DNA of 63,396 nt, counting the filler, from Octopus bimaculoides (taxonomy: Eukaryota), in NCBI RefSeq assembly GCF_001194135.2. It is 4 parts of 4 records of this genome, joined end to end, with 100 filler letters (N's around TTAATTAATTAA, not from the genome) between each part and the next. Parts side by side here need not be neighbours in the genome. Positions count along the whole stretch, not along the records: positions 1 to 31,663 come from NC_068988.1; positions 31,764 to 57,625 come from NC_068986.1; 2 more parts are not named here. One strand, given 5' to 3'. The position numbers and the translations under genes are program-made. Shown here piece by piece: positions 25,504 through 33,892 of this stretch (the stretch's first letter is position 1; the number at the start of each line of letters is the position of its first letter). Under the pieces are notes generated by a model. That model did not search any database. It was not told where the DNA came from and saw only the letters and a list, made by a program, of their open reading frames with translations.

Positions 25504-28262
25504 AGATATGTTTGCGTAGATACACACATATATTCTCTCTAATGTACTTACAAAACAAATGTTAACTCACAAATATGCACAGCAGAACGCACACTCAAGT
25601 GATCTCACAATCACAGACACATATACATGCACACGCACACACACTCTATCTTTCACCCATCCGCGTACATCGCCGTTCATATCCACAAAACTGCCAAAAT
25701 ATAGAACCTAAAAACTAAAGAGACAGAGAAACAGACGGACTCGAAACTGAACTGGAGCAAAACGAGATATCATTAAAGAGGATGCGATGGCAACAAAAGG
25801 TCTTTAACAGACAACTGATTGATTCATTAAACAAATGATTTATCGAAAATTGCTTGCTTAATTTGTTAAATTAACAAATAATCCTTTCTACTACAGGCAA
25901 CAGGCCTGAAATTTAGTGGGAGGAGGGGAGCAGTCGATTAGATAAACTCCAGGACACAACTGGAACTTAATTTATCGACCTCGAAAGGATGAACGGCAAC
26001 GTGGAACTCGGCGGAATTTGAACTCAGAACGTAGCGGCAGACGAAATACCGCTAAGCATTTCGCCCGGCGTGCTAACGATTCTAGCAGCTCGCCGCCTTA
26101 ACCAATTAACAAATAATGAAGAAGGGAAATAGGACTAGTGCTTGGGTTTACTATCGACATGGCGACTCTCCCAAGATGCAAAGAATCTGTTTCAACACGC
26201 GAATTTATACCAAGAACCTTGCAAACCTAGCACAAAAAATAAACGAAATATAAAGATACATGGTGGCTGTCCTTATGCAGAGTTTGACCACCTCCTGTAC
26301 CTACTCCTTAGAACTATCATGGCATCTGATGAGGCTTTTCAAACCAGACAATGTTTTGAAATGATACCCACATAGATTGCATATTCGATTTGGACCAACA
26401 AGGACTGCAGATAAGTTCTGAATTTTCTGGGTGTTAAAATGTTTTTTGAGGCCTCCGTTAGATTTGCAAGTCTTCTGCATACATACGACATTCAAAGGCA
26501 GTCTGGTTCGATGTTAAGCTTCTTCCCTCTTGTTTTCGTTTTTGGTAGTGGTGGTTTACATCACTGTTGATGTGGAAATGATGTGTGCTGGTTAGAATCT
26601 TCCGGGTTTTCACACCAGATTTCATCAAGTTACCAATCAAGTAGCCCAAATGTTGGCACAAGTACTGGTACTGCTAAAGATCAGCGAAAAAGAAAATACC
26701 CACGTGAACTATTGAAAATTCTACAGTTACTACATCCAGATTATAAGTTAAGGTTTATTCCTGTAATTATTGGAGCACTGGCATATGTAACACGCTGCCT
26801 AATTACCAATCTTGTGAAATTAGGCTCCTCTAAACCAGAAAGGAGAAAATTGATTCGAAGGCTAGAGATCTAAGCCATCACCGGAACTGCAAAAATCTGA
26901 AAAGCATTCCAGAAGTTTATCATTTAAGTATATATGAGCATGTCTAGATATGGAACTATATCCATGAGAAGACATACATAAAACAAAACAAAATCTGCGC
27001 ATACATACATACATACATGCAAAAATACCTTGCTGATGTTGAATTTCCAAGGAAGGAACCTTGGATCTACGTTAGAAACCGGCTTTTTCAAAAAACTTTT
27101 CAAAAAATATACATACATACATACATACATACATACATACATACATACATACATACATGAATGTATATAACAGGGGTTTATCATTTAAATATATATGAGC
27201 GTGTCTAGATATGTAACTATTTGCATGATCTATTCTAGTGGAATGTGAACATATAGCTAGGTGTGTGAAATATCATCACCATCGTTCCGACCTATCGCCC
27301 ACTTGTCAATAAAATTATCATCATCATCATCATCATCACCATCAACTTTTTCAACAATTTCATGCGATCTTTATGCGTGTGTGCTCACATGCAGGCCTAT
27401 GTGGGGCAACATTTTTCCTTAAGGATGTAGAATTATGTAAATTCACACACACACACACACACATACAACGTCCCTTTTTGTTTTATTGTGGGGTATGTGT
27501 TGTTGTGTGGAGGCGCAATCGCCCAGTGGTTAGGGCAGCGGACTCGCGGTCGGAGGATCACGGTTTCGATTCCCAGACCGGGCGTTGTGTGTGTTTATTG
27601 AGCGAAAACACCTAAGCTCCAGAAGGCTCCGGCAGGGGGTGGTGGCGACCCCTGTTGTACTCTTTCACCCCAACTTTCTCTCACTCTTTCTTCCTGTTTC
27701 TTGAGTAAAGCTGCGATGGACTGACGTCCCGTCCTGCTGGCGGAGGGGAACACATACGCCATAGAAACCGAGAAATGGGTTCATGAGCCTGGCTAGGCTT
27801 TAAAAGAGCAAAAAAAAAATGTGTTGTGGCAGTGTTATTTAACTGTTACGTCCTTTTACTGTGTTGACTTATATACAGTATGGTTTGTGTTATGTTAGTG
27901 GGTGTTATTAACTATGTAATTTGTAAAAAATCAGCTTCACAAAAATGAGTTCAATGAATTTTTTATGTAGTAAACGAGCGAAATTGTGTTTTATGTAAAA
28001 TTATTTGACTTACCGATGAATAAGATTGTCCATTAGAAACTCCTGCAAAGAAAACATCGGCGTTTTTCAGGCTACCGTCCATTGATAAGCCTAGTGCCAC
28101 ATAACCGAGTGTTTTAACTTCAGTATGGAATTCGATGTGAGAATTATTAAATTTCCATGAAAGGTGATAAGTTTTGTTGAAGTCCAGATAAAGAGAATGG
28201 AAATAATCATCTGCCAAAACACTGGAAGCAAAGCAGGAGAGCACGAATGCAAGAAAATACAT
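417..28262 (-). CDS. MOXD1: MOXD1/DBH-like copper type II ascorbate-dependent monooxygenase, 12 exons in window, 3' end outside window
   Basis: Hand-spliced exons 28262-28014, 23168-23025, 21795-21637, 20110-20027, 18904-18722, 16268-16166, 15900-15734, 14755-14552, 8614-8555, 4725-4616, 2293-2179, 515-417 total 1677 nt = 559 codons, no stop, all introns GT-AG and in phase. Signal peptide, DOMON, CuH ligands VHH(226,227) and MHY(299), CuM ligands HAH(385,387) and EMC(M460). HAHLA rather than HTHL favours MOXD-like over DBH/TBH; the symbol is family-level, orthology untested. Confidence 0.93.
2179..2293 (-). CDS. MOXD1: MOXD1-like exon 11 (C-terminal domain; not in ORF track)
   Basis: tatgtttcag|C ATG, (S)MDPLHYKNNPDAIKRVELIVNGLEPKVGFSQICNNRTG, GGT|gtaagt; 115 nt, phase 2/0. 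Confidence 0.8.
2500..2730 (+). mobile_element. HERO-like RLE non-LTR retrotransposon, C-terminal fragment
   Basis: KYADLARDLRDAGFKTKVSVVEVGVRGFVGSS...MGEAAEK..WIWSRR (frameshifted) resembles the VEVGCRGF..AE..SxWIW end of HERO elements. Confidence 0.6.
2775..2862 (+). other. tRNA-like (A/B box) remnant followed by A11
   Basis: TGGCATAGTCG...CCTCTGGAG...GGCTCGAATCC; no convincing acceptor stem. Confidence 0.35.
3050..3420 (-). mobile_element. Penelope-like element remnant
   Basis: RNRMWFNEPFSLNE...LLNKRN resembles the PLE IIWFNPPFSxN..IFNK linker. Confidence 0.4.
3640..4090 (+). mobile_element. RTE-clade LINE 3' end
   Basis: CES*TFTAEMKQKIQAFEHKCFR...ILQSTVEGKRPR...DNIKE..TG motifs, several stops. 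Confidence 0.7.
4616..4725 (-). CDS. MOXD1: MOXD1-like exon 10 (CuM Met)
   Basis: atctttacag|GGT, GGLSTEDEMCLAFITIYPRIELKDCFSEPVYNIKLI, AG|gtatct (weak donor, phase 2, matches next exon); 110 nt. Confidence 0.9.
5870..7010 (-). mobile_element. Penelope-like retroelement (RT thumb + GIY-YIG), degenerate
   Basis: TDFLHVSLDL...YNPFHKPN; YNKALQDSGY; CTCRDKSKCAL...VYEA; YTGTMEGKF*SRYNNH; IRWRIL..KC.VC..EK. Confidence 0.8.
8555..8614 (-). CDS. MOXD1: MOXD1-like exon 9 (not in ORF track)
   Basis: ctttacag|GAT, DDRLEVECIYDTTQRTNITY (GDxLxxECxY motif), TAT|gtaagt; 60 nt. Confidence 0.93.
8690..9030 (+). mobile_element. R4/Dong-like RLE LINE RT fragment
   Basis: INLQLSVDYLKQDTKSEKGLDSLIQTVR (decayed FMDDLK), EGYKY, EYIKRIKKVFEAKLNGENII. 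Confidence 0.6.
9688..9738 (+). repeat. 12-bp tandem repeat (CACGCACAGCTG)x4 merging into (CA)n
   Basis: Direct inspection. Confidence 0.85.
9850..11200 (-). mobile_element. RTE-BovB-like LINE RT remnant
   Basis: KFALPDK.I.VI.SLHKGM...KQGCILAP..F.IFFSMML; FKYL.S...SFDDEINARISEA.RVFGKL..HLW...SLKSKISVYK. Confidence 0.8.
13219..13254 (+). ncRNA. Decayed hammerhead-like motif
   Basis: CTGATAA-a-GCTAA(atacaga)TTA-C-GAAAC-AGCT-GTC; G8A change, stem II one base short, stem I unpaired. Confidence 0.35.
13340..13939 (+). mobile_element. Helitron 3' fragment (PIF1-like helicase end, hairpin, CTAG)
   Basis: LKLGAPIMFLRNLDPPRLC...VIEAT...RIPSIPTD; frameshifted QFPVRLSFAMAINKLQGQ; CCGG-gcaacg-CCGG at 13913-13926 and CTAG at 13936-13939. 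Confidence 0.85.
14552..14755 (-). CDS. MOXD1: MOXD1-like exon 8 (CuM HAH)
   Basis: tgttttaaag|ATT, ...LHAHLAARKIRLHHYRDGKKLPDIAYDDNYDFNYQE...ITLLK, AAG|gtacga; 204 nt. Confidence 0.95.
15170..15445 (+). mobile_element. SINE family B (GGAGGCGCAATGGCC tRNA head), cut by gap
   Basis: A/B boxes TGGCCCATTGG and GGTTTCGATTCC. Related copies 12058-12345, 27508-27810, 35060-35388, 42782-42998, 52945-53255. Confidence 0.85.
15734..15900 (-). CDS. MOXD1: MOXD1-like exon 7
   Basis: tttattctag|GT, VRDSSGFKII...IIPPYAKEFKYYGHCDACGSM, ATG|gtaagt; 167 nt, phase 1/0. Confidence 0.95.
16166..16268 (-). CDS. MOXD1: MOXD1-like exon 6 (third CuH ligand; not in ORF track)
   Basis: tgtctctcag|AAA, KFALPEHVGISIGGEEDPLYYIMEMHYDNPQEME-G, G|gtaggt; 103 nt, phase 0/1. 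Confidence 0.95.
17845..18150 (+). mobile_element. Mariner-like MITE remnant
   Basis: TATTGGGTAATCCCATAAATAATGCGG resembles a mariner TIR; partner TIR not found. Confidence 0.35.
18722..18904 (-). CDS. MOXD1: MOXD1-like exon 5 (CuH HH ligands)
   Basis: ttcctttcag|ATG, MSPYIQEGNEAFVHHILLYSC...CRTILHGWAVGGS, TCG|gtaagt; 183 nt. Confidence 0.95.
19190..19780 (+). mobile_element. R4/Dong-like LINE pre-RT fragment
   Basis: EELRQRINA...RYQQRTNQYQQNRLF.NNG.KFYKQLN pattern, frameshifted. Confidence 0.55.
20027..20110 (-). CDS. MOXD1: MOXD1-like exon 4 (Cu2_monooxygen N start; not in ORF track)
   Basis: ttaatttcag|ACT, TLIPKSKTTYWCKSFEVPPLDGPVHAIV (TTYWC motif), GTG|gtatgt; 84 nt. Confidence 0.92.
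20955..21130. mobile_element. Fold-back fragment of the same HHR element in intron 3
   Basis: Arms about 20955-21017 and 21041-21105 are inverted; the loop holds HHR stem II (GGCTG..CAGCC); CTGATGA is absent. Confidence 0.75.
21637..21795 (-). CDS. MOXD1: MOXD1-like exon 3 (DOMON end/linker)
   Basis: Long polypyrimidine tract ...ttttatag|CAA, QNTMRVLWGY...IEFRMNN, AAT|gtgaga; 159 nt. Confidence 0.9.
22250..22638 (+). mobile_element. SINE family A, full length (tRNA head, CORE-like block, GTAAAAGA tail)
   Basis: GTGGCTGTGTGGTAAG...GGTTCAGTCCC...CCTTGGGCAAGTGTCTT...GCGGTGCTCCAGCATGGCC. Other copies near 16295-16570(-), 32715-32808(-), 37236-37610(+), 43812-44285(-), 44905-45075(-), 47265-47675(-), 47790-48130(+), 48940-49335(+), 52320-52690(+), 58005-58066(+). 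Confidence 0.9.
22639..22925 (+). mobile_element. Chapaev3 (CMC superfamily) transposase N-terminal fragment
   Basis: AYFGVKLRDQDKYWAPHSVC...LRQW...MRFAIPMLW...NHLDDCYFC...YPKL...RPV.H. Confidence 0.75.
23025..23168 (-). CDS. MOXD1: MOXD1-like exon 2 (DOMON)
   Basis: ttattgcag|AAC, NYYGNADEKL...TTLTFSRELSGPNMKINIT, ACA|gtaagt; 144 nt, phase 0/0. Confidence 0.9.
23940..24390 (-). mobile_element. Tc1/mariner (maT-like) transposase remnant
   Basis: TVE.VVNYKND.VY...QKPTNVMVWSAV...KSPLVFI; YVFTNDGALVHT...SSSDINPLEF (decayed QDGAPxHT, SPDLNPLD). Confidence 0.75.
26250..26560 (-). mobile_element. RTE LINE 3' tail with C2H2-like fingers (copy 1)
   Basis: CKSNGGLKKH...CNLCGYHFKTLSGLKSLIRCH; ends GGAGGTGGTCAAACTCTGCATAAGGACAGCCACCA, like 58500-58620. 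Confidence 0.65.
26660..26990 (+). mobile_element. RLE LINE 3' end followed by (CATA)n
   Basis: LKISEKENT/RELLKILQLLHPDYKLRFIPVIIGALAYV...AITGTAKI. Confidence 0.7.
27508..27810 (+). mobile_element. SINE family B head with an alternative V-domain-like tail
   Basis: Matches the 15170 copy to CTTCCTGTTTCT, then GCTGCGATGGACTGACGTCCCGTCC...A-tail. Confidence 0.75.
28014..28262 (-). CDS. MOXD1: MOXD1-like exon 1 (signal peptide + DOMON N-half)
   Basis: MYFLAFVLSCFASSVLA hydrophobic leader, then YHLSWKF...TLGYVALGLS..G...ADV; donor TCG|gtaagt at 28013. Confidence 0.93.
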
Positions 28263-28360
28263 TATGTTGTTAGTATAGTGTTGGCTTTTGCGTGCGTCGA
28301 AGAGCTTGAAAATAGTTTTTGAGTAGACAGTAAATTACTGTTTTGTTTCAACACCTGCAT
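28262..28360 (-). promoter_or_regulatory. 32-codon uORF with TAATG stop/start overlap
   Basis: ATG 28360-28358, MQVLKQNSNLLSTQKLFSSSSTHAKANTILTT, TAA 28264-28262 shares its last A with the main ATG. Confidence 0.45.
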
Positions 28361-28364
28361 GAGA

Positions 28365-28400
28365 AATAACTAATGTAATCTTTTTCCCCTCTTTTTATAC
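28365..28400 (-). promoter_or_regulatory. Putative TATA box and Inr-like core promoter of the MOXD1-like gene
   Basis: Minus strand GTATAAAAAG (TATA 28399-28392) and TTAGTT with A at 28371, 28 nt downstream; predicts a 5' UTR of about 109 nt. Confidence 0.5.
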
Positions 28401-29419
28401 CGGTTATACTATCTTAGGACATTCTCTTCATAGTCGTTATAAAAGAATAACTCAGGCAAAGTTTCATAGCTTAAGATGACGCACACATGCACGCCTATGT
28501 GGGGCAACATTATGAAAATTCACACACACACACACACACACGCACACACACATACAACGTACTTTTTGTTTTATTGTGGAATATGTGTTGTTGTGTGGAG
28601 GCGCATAAAAGTAGTAGAACTATCATATGACCACGAGAAAGGACAAATTCTTTTTTTTTTTTTTTTTGACAACTCTCACATAATATATTTTTTTTCTACT
28701 AATCATGTTCAAATTTATACACTACCCTGCACAGACTTAACTCATTCTACTCCATAGTGTCTTAGTCACCTATATCAACTTATTGAATTGTTTTGTATCC
28801 TTTTAGTAAGAAACAAGGCAGTGGCCATGACCCTTCACAAGGCCTCCATCACCAGTGAATGGAGGAGGGTAGGAAGGTATTCTCAACCTGAAGATCTGGT
28901 TCGAATGATTGGAACAGAAAGAATTTCGATAGATGTAACCAAGATGTCTCATGGTCGTGTTAAACCGGGAGATATGTTGTCTAACGTTAATCACCAGAAT
29001 GCTATAAACGACATAGCTGATCTAAGTATAAGCAGGTATTAATTTCATTGCCTTCTCGGTATGGTCAAAAGTTCTTGTATCATCCCGCCTCTCATTTCCT
29101 ATCCAGGAAATTTATGATAGATTATTCATTTATGACGTGTAGTCATTGTATATTTTATGATTCATTTATCTTTCTCGCTCTTCCTTGCACTAAACATCTT
29201 CTCGCTGTAATATCTATATATCCACTAATCTCCAGAATGATTATTACAATTTCTAATTAGTGGTGTCCTTTCTGGTTTGGCGAAATCCAGTTTTCCGACA
29301 TTGGCACTATCACAGCTAATTATATAATCAAGTTCTCCAATAATTAGAGGTATAATCTAAAGTTATAGTTCCTTTCCTTTTATCTGCAACATTATTTTTA
29401 CGTATATAGATAACAATGT

Positions 29420-29740
29420 GGACAATGTTATCTTCATATATACTTGAGAGAAGACTTGGGCGTATTTACTCTTCCTCTTAGAGAGAGTTTTTGAAAGCCT
29501 CAGCTTTTCCAGATATTTACTTAAGATATTTGCTAACAAAACCTAGTGCACCAACTATTGTTAGCATAAACTTAAATTTATAATCTGAGTATAGAAGCTA
29601 AAGGTTTCGAAACAGTTGTCTATAGTTATCTTCTTCCTTTATCATTACCAAAACGATATTAATATCAGCTGTGACATTGGCCTCTAAGTCGGTACATACT
29701 TGTTCTTTTTCCAAACAACGACATATGGCCTGCTATGTTT
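29420..29740 (-). mobile_element. RLE LINE 3' end (same family as 26660)
   Basis: RPYVVVWKK...ADINI...KEEDNYRQLFRNL*LLYSDYKFKFMLTIVGALGFV. Confidence 0.6.
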
Positions 29741-29869
29741 GTACCGAGTATAAGTTTTGATGAGAAATGTCCTGTCAATACTCTTTGTATTTATGTTTAT
29801 GTATATGTTCAATAGGAGGAGGATTCTGTATATTTATCCTAGGATACTGATTTATTTGGATGGTATTGC

Positions 29870-31645
29870 ATGTTGTTTTAGCGACAACTCCCGGTCCCAA
29901 GTTTGTCAAAGAAACAGCCTCAGTGCACTACAAGGTAGGGCCACTCCTTGTAAAATATGGTTCACTCACAGGCAACTCAATGAGAATAAGTAAAATACTA
30001 AATGAGCAATTCCAAAGTGTTTTCACTCCACCCCTAGGACACTTGCAAGTCAGCAATCCAGCTGACATTTTTACCCCTGCAGATATAAAAACTGAGGCAG
30101 TGATGATTGATTACATCAATAAAAAAGAAGATAAGGGCTATAGGTGAAATGAACCCGAACTCAGCTACTAGCCCTGATGGACTCCCAGCAATCCGTCTAA
30201 AACCATGTAAGCGAATCCTAGCAAGATTACTGCAGTCCTTCTTCCAGAGCTTTCTTGCAACTGGAAAACTTCCAAACAAGCTGAAGGAAGGTAAAATAGG
30301 CCCTATTCATAAAGGAGGTGGCAGAGCAGAGGCCAAAAACTACAGACCTACCTCACTACCCTCGCACATCAGCAAAGTCAAGGAATGAATAGTCAGAAGA
30401 AAACTAGTCACCTTCCTTGAGGAAAATGACTTGCTGACTGACACCCAACATGGTTTCCGATCAGAAAGAAGTTGGCTGACTCTTCTCTTGCAACACTATG
30501 ACTGGGTGTTGAAATTGGGAGAATGGCTGCATGATTTTCTGAAGGATAGAAGTCAGGTGGTAGTAGCCAATGGGGCTACCTCCAATGACATGCAAATAGT
30601 GAGCGGTGTTCCACGAGGTACTGTTTTGGGACCACTACTGTTCATAATAGCTCTCTCTCAGATATGCCCCCAGTCACACAGAGAGCCACAATCACAGGTT
30701 ATGCAGATGATACAAAAGTCTCACAGATAATACGGAACCCTGAAGACTCTATGCTCCTGCAATGTGAGTTGGATGAATAAGCACGAGAAGAATAGCATGC
30801 AGTTTAATGCGGAAAATGTTTCAAGCCTTGTGCTATCAGCATGCAAAACTAAATGCAATACCAATTAAATACACTGGACCTGGAGGGTTGCAATCCCAGA
30901 GCCACAGCCATTGCGAGACCTAGGAATTTACATGAGTAATGATGCAGCTTTCCATGTGCATGTTGCTAAGTTGGAAATGAAATGGAGGCGGTTGACCGGA
31001 TGGATTCTTAAAACTTTTAGAACGAGAGATCAGAAAACCATAATGGTCCTCTGAAGGACATTTGTCCGAATCCGCTTTGACTATTGCTCTCAGCTATGGT
31101 CACCAACCAGCGTAAAGTTAATTGCAGAACTTGAGGCAACCCAACGAAGCCACACGAAGATAACCTCTATGCAGCATATAAGCTACAGGGAAATGCGCAA
31201 GAGATTGAGACTCTACTCCCTAGAGCGTAGGCGGGAAAGATATGCCATAATATACATCTGGAAGATCCTAGAGGGACTTGTTTCAAAGTTTGGCATCGAT
31301 AGTTACACTAATGCTAGAACAGGGCGCCACTTGATGCCAAGATATAGGATAAGATACTGCAACAGCCTGGGCTTTAAAGGCCCACAGATCTTCAATATCC
31401 TCCTGAAATACCAACATGGGGTGGATGCAAGTATCTTCAAAACAAAACTAGACCTCTTACAGTCAAGTGCCCTAGACGAACCAGCTTTATAATAGGAAGT
31501 GCAGATGAGGGCAGCGGCATCAAACTCCTCATGCACCAAACATCAATTTCTAAAAAGAATTAGTACAGTAAAATTATGTAGCGGTGCCCCAGCATGACCA
31601 CAACCTATGAGCTGAAACTGGAGCAAATCGAAACAAATAAAATCA
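29870..31645 (+). mobile_element. CR1/L2-clade LINE, 5'-truncated with internal RT deletion, 3' UTR present
   Basis: SPDGLPA...PIHKGG...KNYRPTSL...QHGFRSERS; GVPRGTVLGPLLF; YADD; LRLYSLERRRERY; the LDFxKAFD block is missing near 30511. Confidence 0.9.
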
Positions 31646-31663
31646 TATATATATATATATATA

Positions 31664-31763
31664 NNNNNNNNNNNNNNNNNNNNNNNNNNNNNNNNNNNNN
31701 NNNNNNNTTAATTAATTAANNNNNNNNNNNNNNNNNNNNNNNNNNNNNNNNNNNNNNNNNNNN
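31664..31763. other. Artificial 100-bp scaffold join: 44 N + TTAATTAATTAA + 44 N
   Basis: Identical structure at 57626-57725 and 62209-62308; the linker has TAA in all six frames. Confidence 0.95.
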
Positions 31764-31779
31764 ATGAAGCATATCTGTA

Positions 31780-31891
31780 TGAAATTTCGTGATAGACAGA
31801 TTGAATAACGGACGAATATAGACTGGTTGATAGAAAAGAGATAAACTGATTGATAGATAGATAGACAGACAGATAGATAGGTAGACAAATA

Positions 31892-31929
<38 letters not shown>

Positions 31930-32225
31930 CAGAGAGAGAGAGAGAGAGATACATAGAGACAGATAGATGAATAGATCAATAGATCAATAGATAGATAGAT
32001 AGACAGCCAGAAAGGTAAATAGATAGATGGATAGATAGACAGACAGACAGACAGATAAATAGATGGATGGATAGATAGACAGACAGATGGATAGATAGAT
32101 AGACATACAGATAAATGGATGGATAGATAGATAGATAGAGAGATTGATAGACAGACAGATAGATAGAGATTAATAGACAGACTGACAGATAGATGATAGA
32201 TAGATAGATAGATAGACAGACAGCT
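31780..32225 (+). repeat. (GATA)/(GACA) tetranucleotide array
   Basis: Direct inspection; complementary (TCTA)/(TCTG) arrays at 38250-38526 and 56047-56100. Confidence 0.9.
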
Positions 32226-33117
32226 TATTCTGAACTTGTTAGATCGGACCATAGGCTAATAACGCCGGGTTACCGCATTCTGTCGAGTATATCTTCCTCG
32301 CTAGACTGGACGCTGGTCCGTCTGGAGCAACGAGAAATAAAGTGTTTTGCCCAAGAACACAACGCATCGCCTGCTCCAGAAATTGAAACCATTAATCTTA
32401 TGATCAAGACTGCAACACTTTAACCACTCAGCCACGTGCCTCCGCGCACACACACGAATGTATATATGTATACAAACATGCAAACATAAACCGACATACT
32501 CACACGTGCATACATACATGTATGCTTACATACGTACATACATACATACATACATACGTACGTACGTACGTGCGTGCGTGCGTTCGTATGTGTGTAGGAA
32601 ATTAGACTGGTTGGTAGAGAGAATAAGATTTGTAGATACACACACATGCATATATATAAACAAATAATATATTTGCGTGTGTGCGTGTATTCTTATATTT
32701 ATTTTATTTTACTTGTTGACGGTGGCCTTGCTGGAGCACCGCCTTGAAGGGTTTTAGTTGAACAAATCGACCATATTACTTATTTTTTAAGCTTAGTACT
32801 TATTCTANNNNNNNNNNTGTTAGCACGCCAGGCGAAATGCTAAACGGTATTTCGTCAGTGTTTACGTTCTGAGTTCAAATTCTGCCGAGGTCGACTTTGC
32901 TTTTCATCTTGTTGGAGTCGATAAATTATGTACCAGTTACGTACTGAGGTCGATATAATCAAGTGGCCCCCCTCCCCCAAAATTTCAGGCCTTGTGCCTA
33001 GAGTAGAAAAGAATAATCCTTTGAAGAAATTTATAAATATTTTAATGCATTGGTATGTGTGTTTCCTCAAATCCCATGTCTCTTAAGATCACAGTTCGTA
33101 TTCCTGGGACAATTATA

Positions 33118-33225
33118 GCGTACATTATTTACATTATTTACATTTGGCAGATATTTGTCCTCATCTTGTTTGTTGTTAACATAACTTTTCGGCTGATATA
33201 CTCTCCAGCCTTCATCAGGTGTCTT
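33118..33225 (-). mobile_element. Third locus of the HHR element (degenerate GAAAA core)
   Basis: Minus GACAC-CTGATGA-a-GGCTG(gagagtatat)CAGCC-GAAAA-GTT-ATGTT. Confidence 0.7.
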
Positions 33226-33595
33226 AGCGAAGGCGGAGGTATTGTTTTCAGTCGTGCTTGTTTGTTTGTTTGTTGGTCTGTGGACAAGATATCTCAAGAA
33301 CCACTCGATGGATTTGGACGAAACTTTCAGGGATGTTTAGCCTCGTAACTGACACGAACTGATTAGATTTTGGAGTTGATCCGGTACCGTACAAGAATTC
33401 TGGATAATTTTTCCGTTTTTGTTACTTAATTTTTGAGAGCAGTCGGGTTCATTTTTAGTGTTCTCGTCTGTGCGAGCTGTCGAGTTTATTTCAGATATTC
33501 TCATTTTAAAAATCATCTCTGGCTAATCATTGAAGAACGTTGGTGTTGCCTTGCCAGAGGTTTGCGCTCTCTGAGTGCTCTTGTTATTATTTTTA
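33226..33595 (+). mobile_element. HINE/DINE-1-like (Helentron-associated) non-autonomous element
   Basis: GGCGGAGGTTATTGTTTTC start, (GTTT)n core, 3' hairpin GCGCTC-tct-GAGTGC, begins after TT. Confidence 0.45.
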
Positions 33596-33892
33596 ATCAG
33601 CAGATATTAGAAGTGACTTAAAGGCTCAGGGTTTCATGCATGGCATTTTGTAACATGGTAAACCTGAACGAAGCTCCAGTGATCCAACCACCCATCCATC
33701 ACATTATCCAGTTATTCATTTTTCATTCATNNNNNNNNNNNNNNNNNNNNNNNNNNNNNNNNNNNNNNNNNNNNNNNNNNNNNNNNNNNNNNNNNNNNNN
33801 NNNNNNNNNNNNNNNNNNNNNNNNNNNNNNNNNNNNNNNNNNNNNNNNNNNNNNNNNNNNNNNNNNNNNNNNNNNNNNNNNNNNNNNNNNNN

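Noticed and set aside
28788-29260. Short ORFs upstream of the gene
   Set aside because: No domain or splice support; likely decayed retroelement I could not classify.
31708-31719. TTAATTAATTAA palindrome as a regulatory motif
   Set aside because: Assembly linker, always centred in a 100-bp gap.
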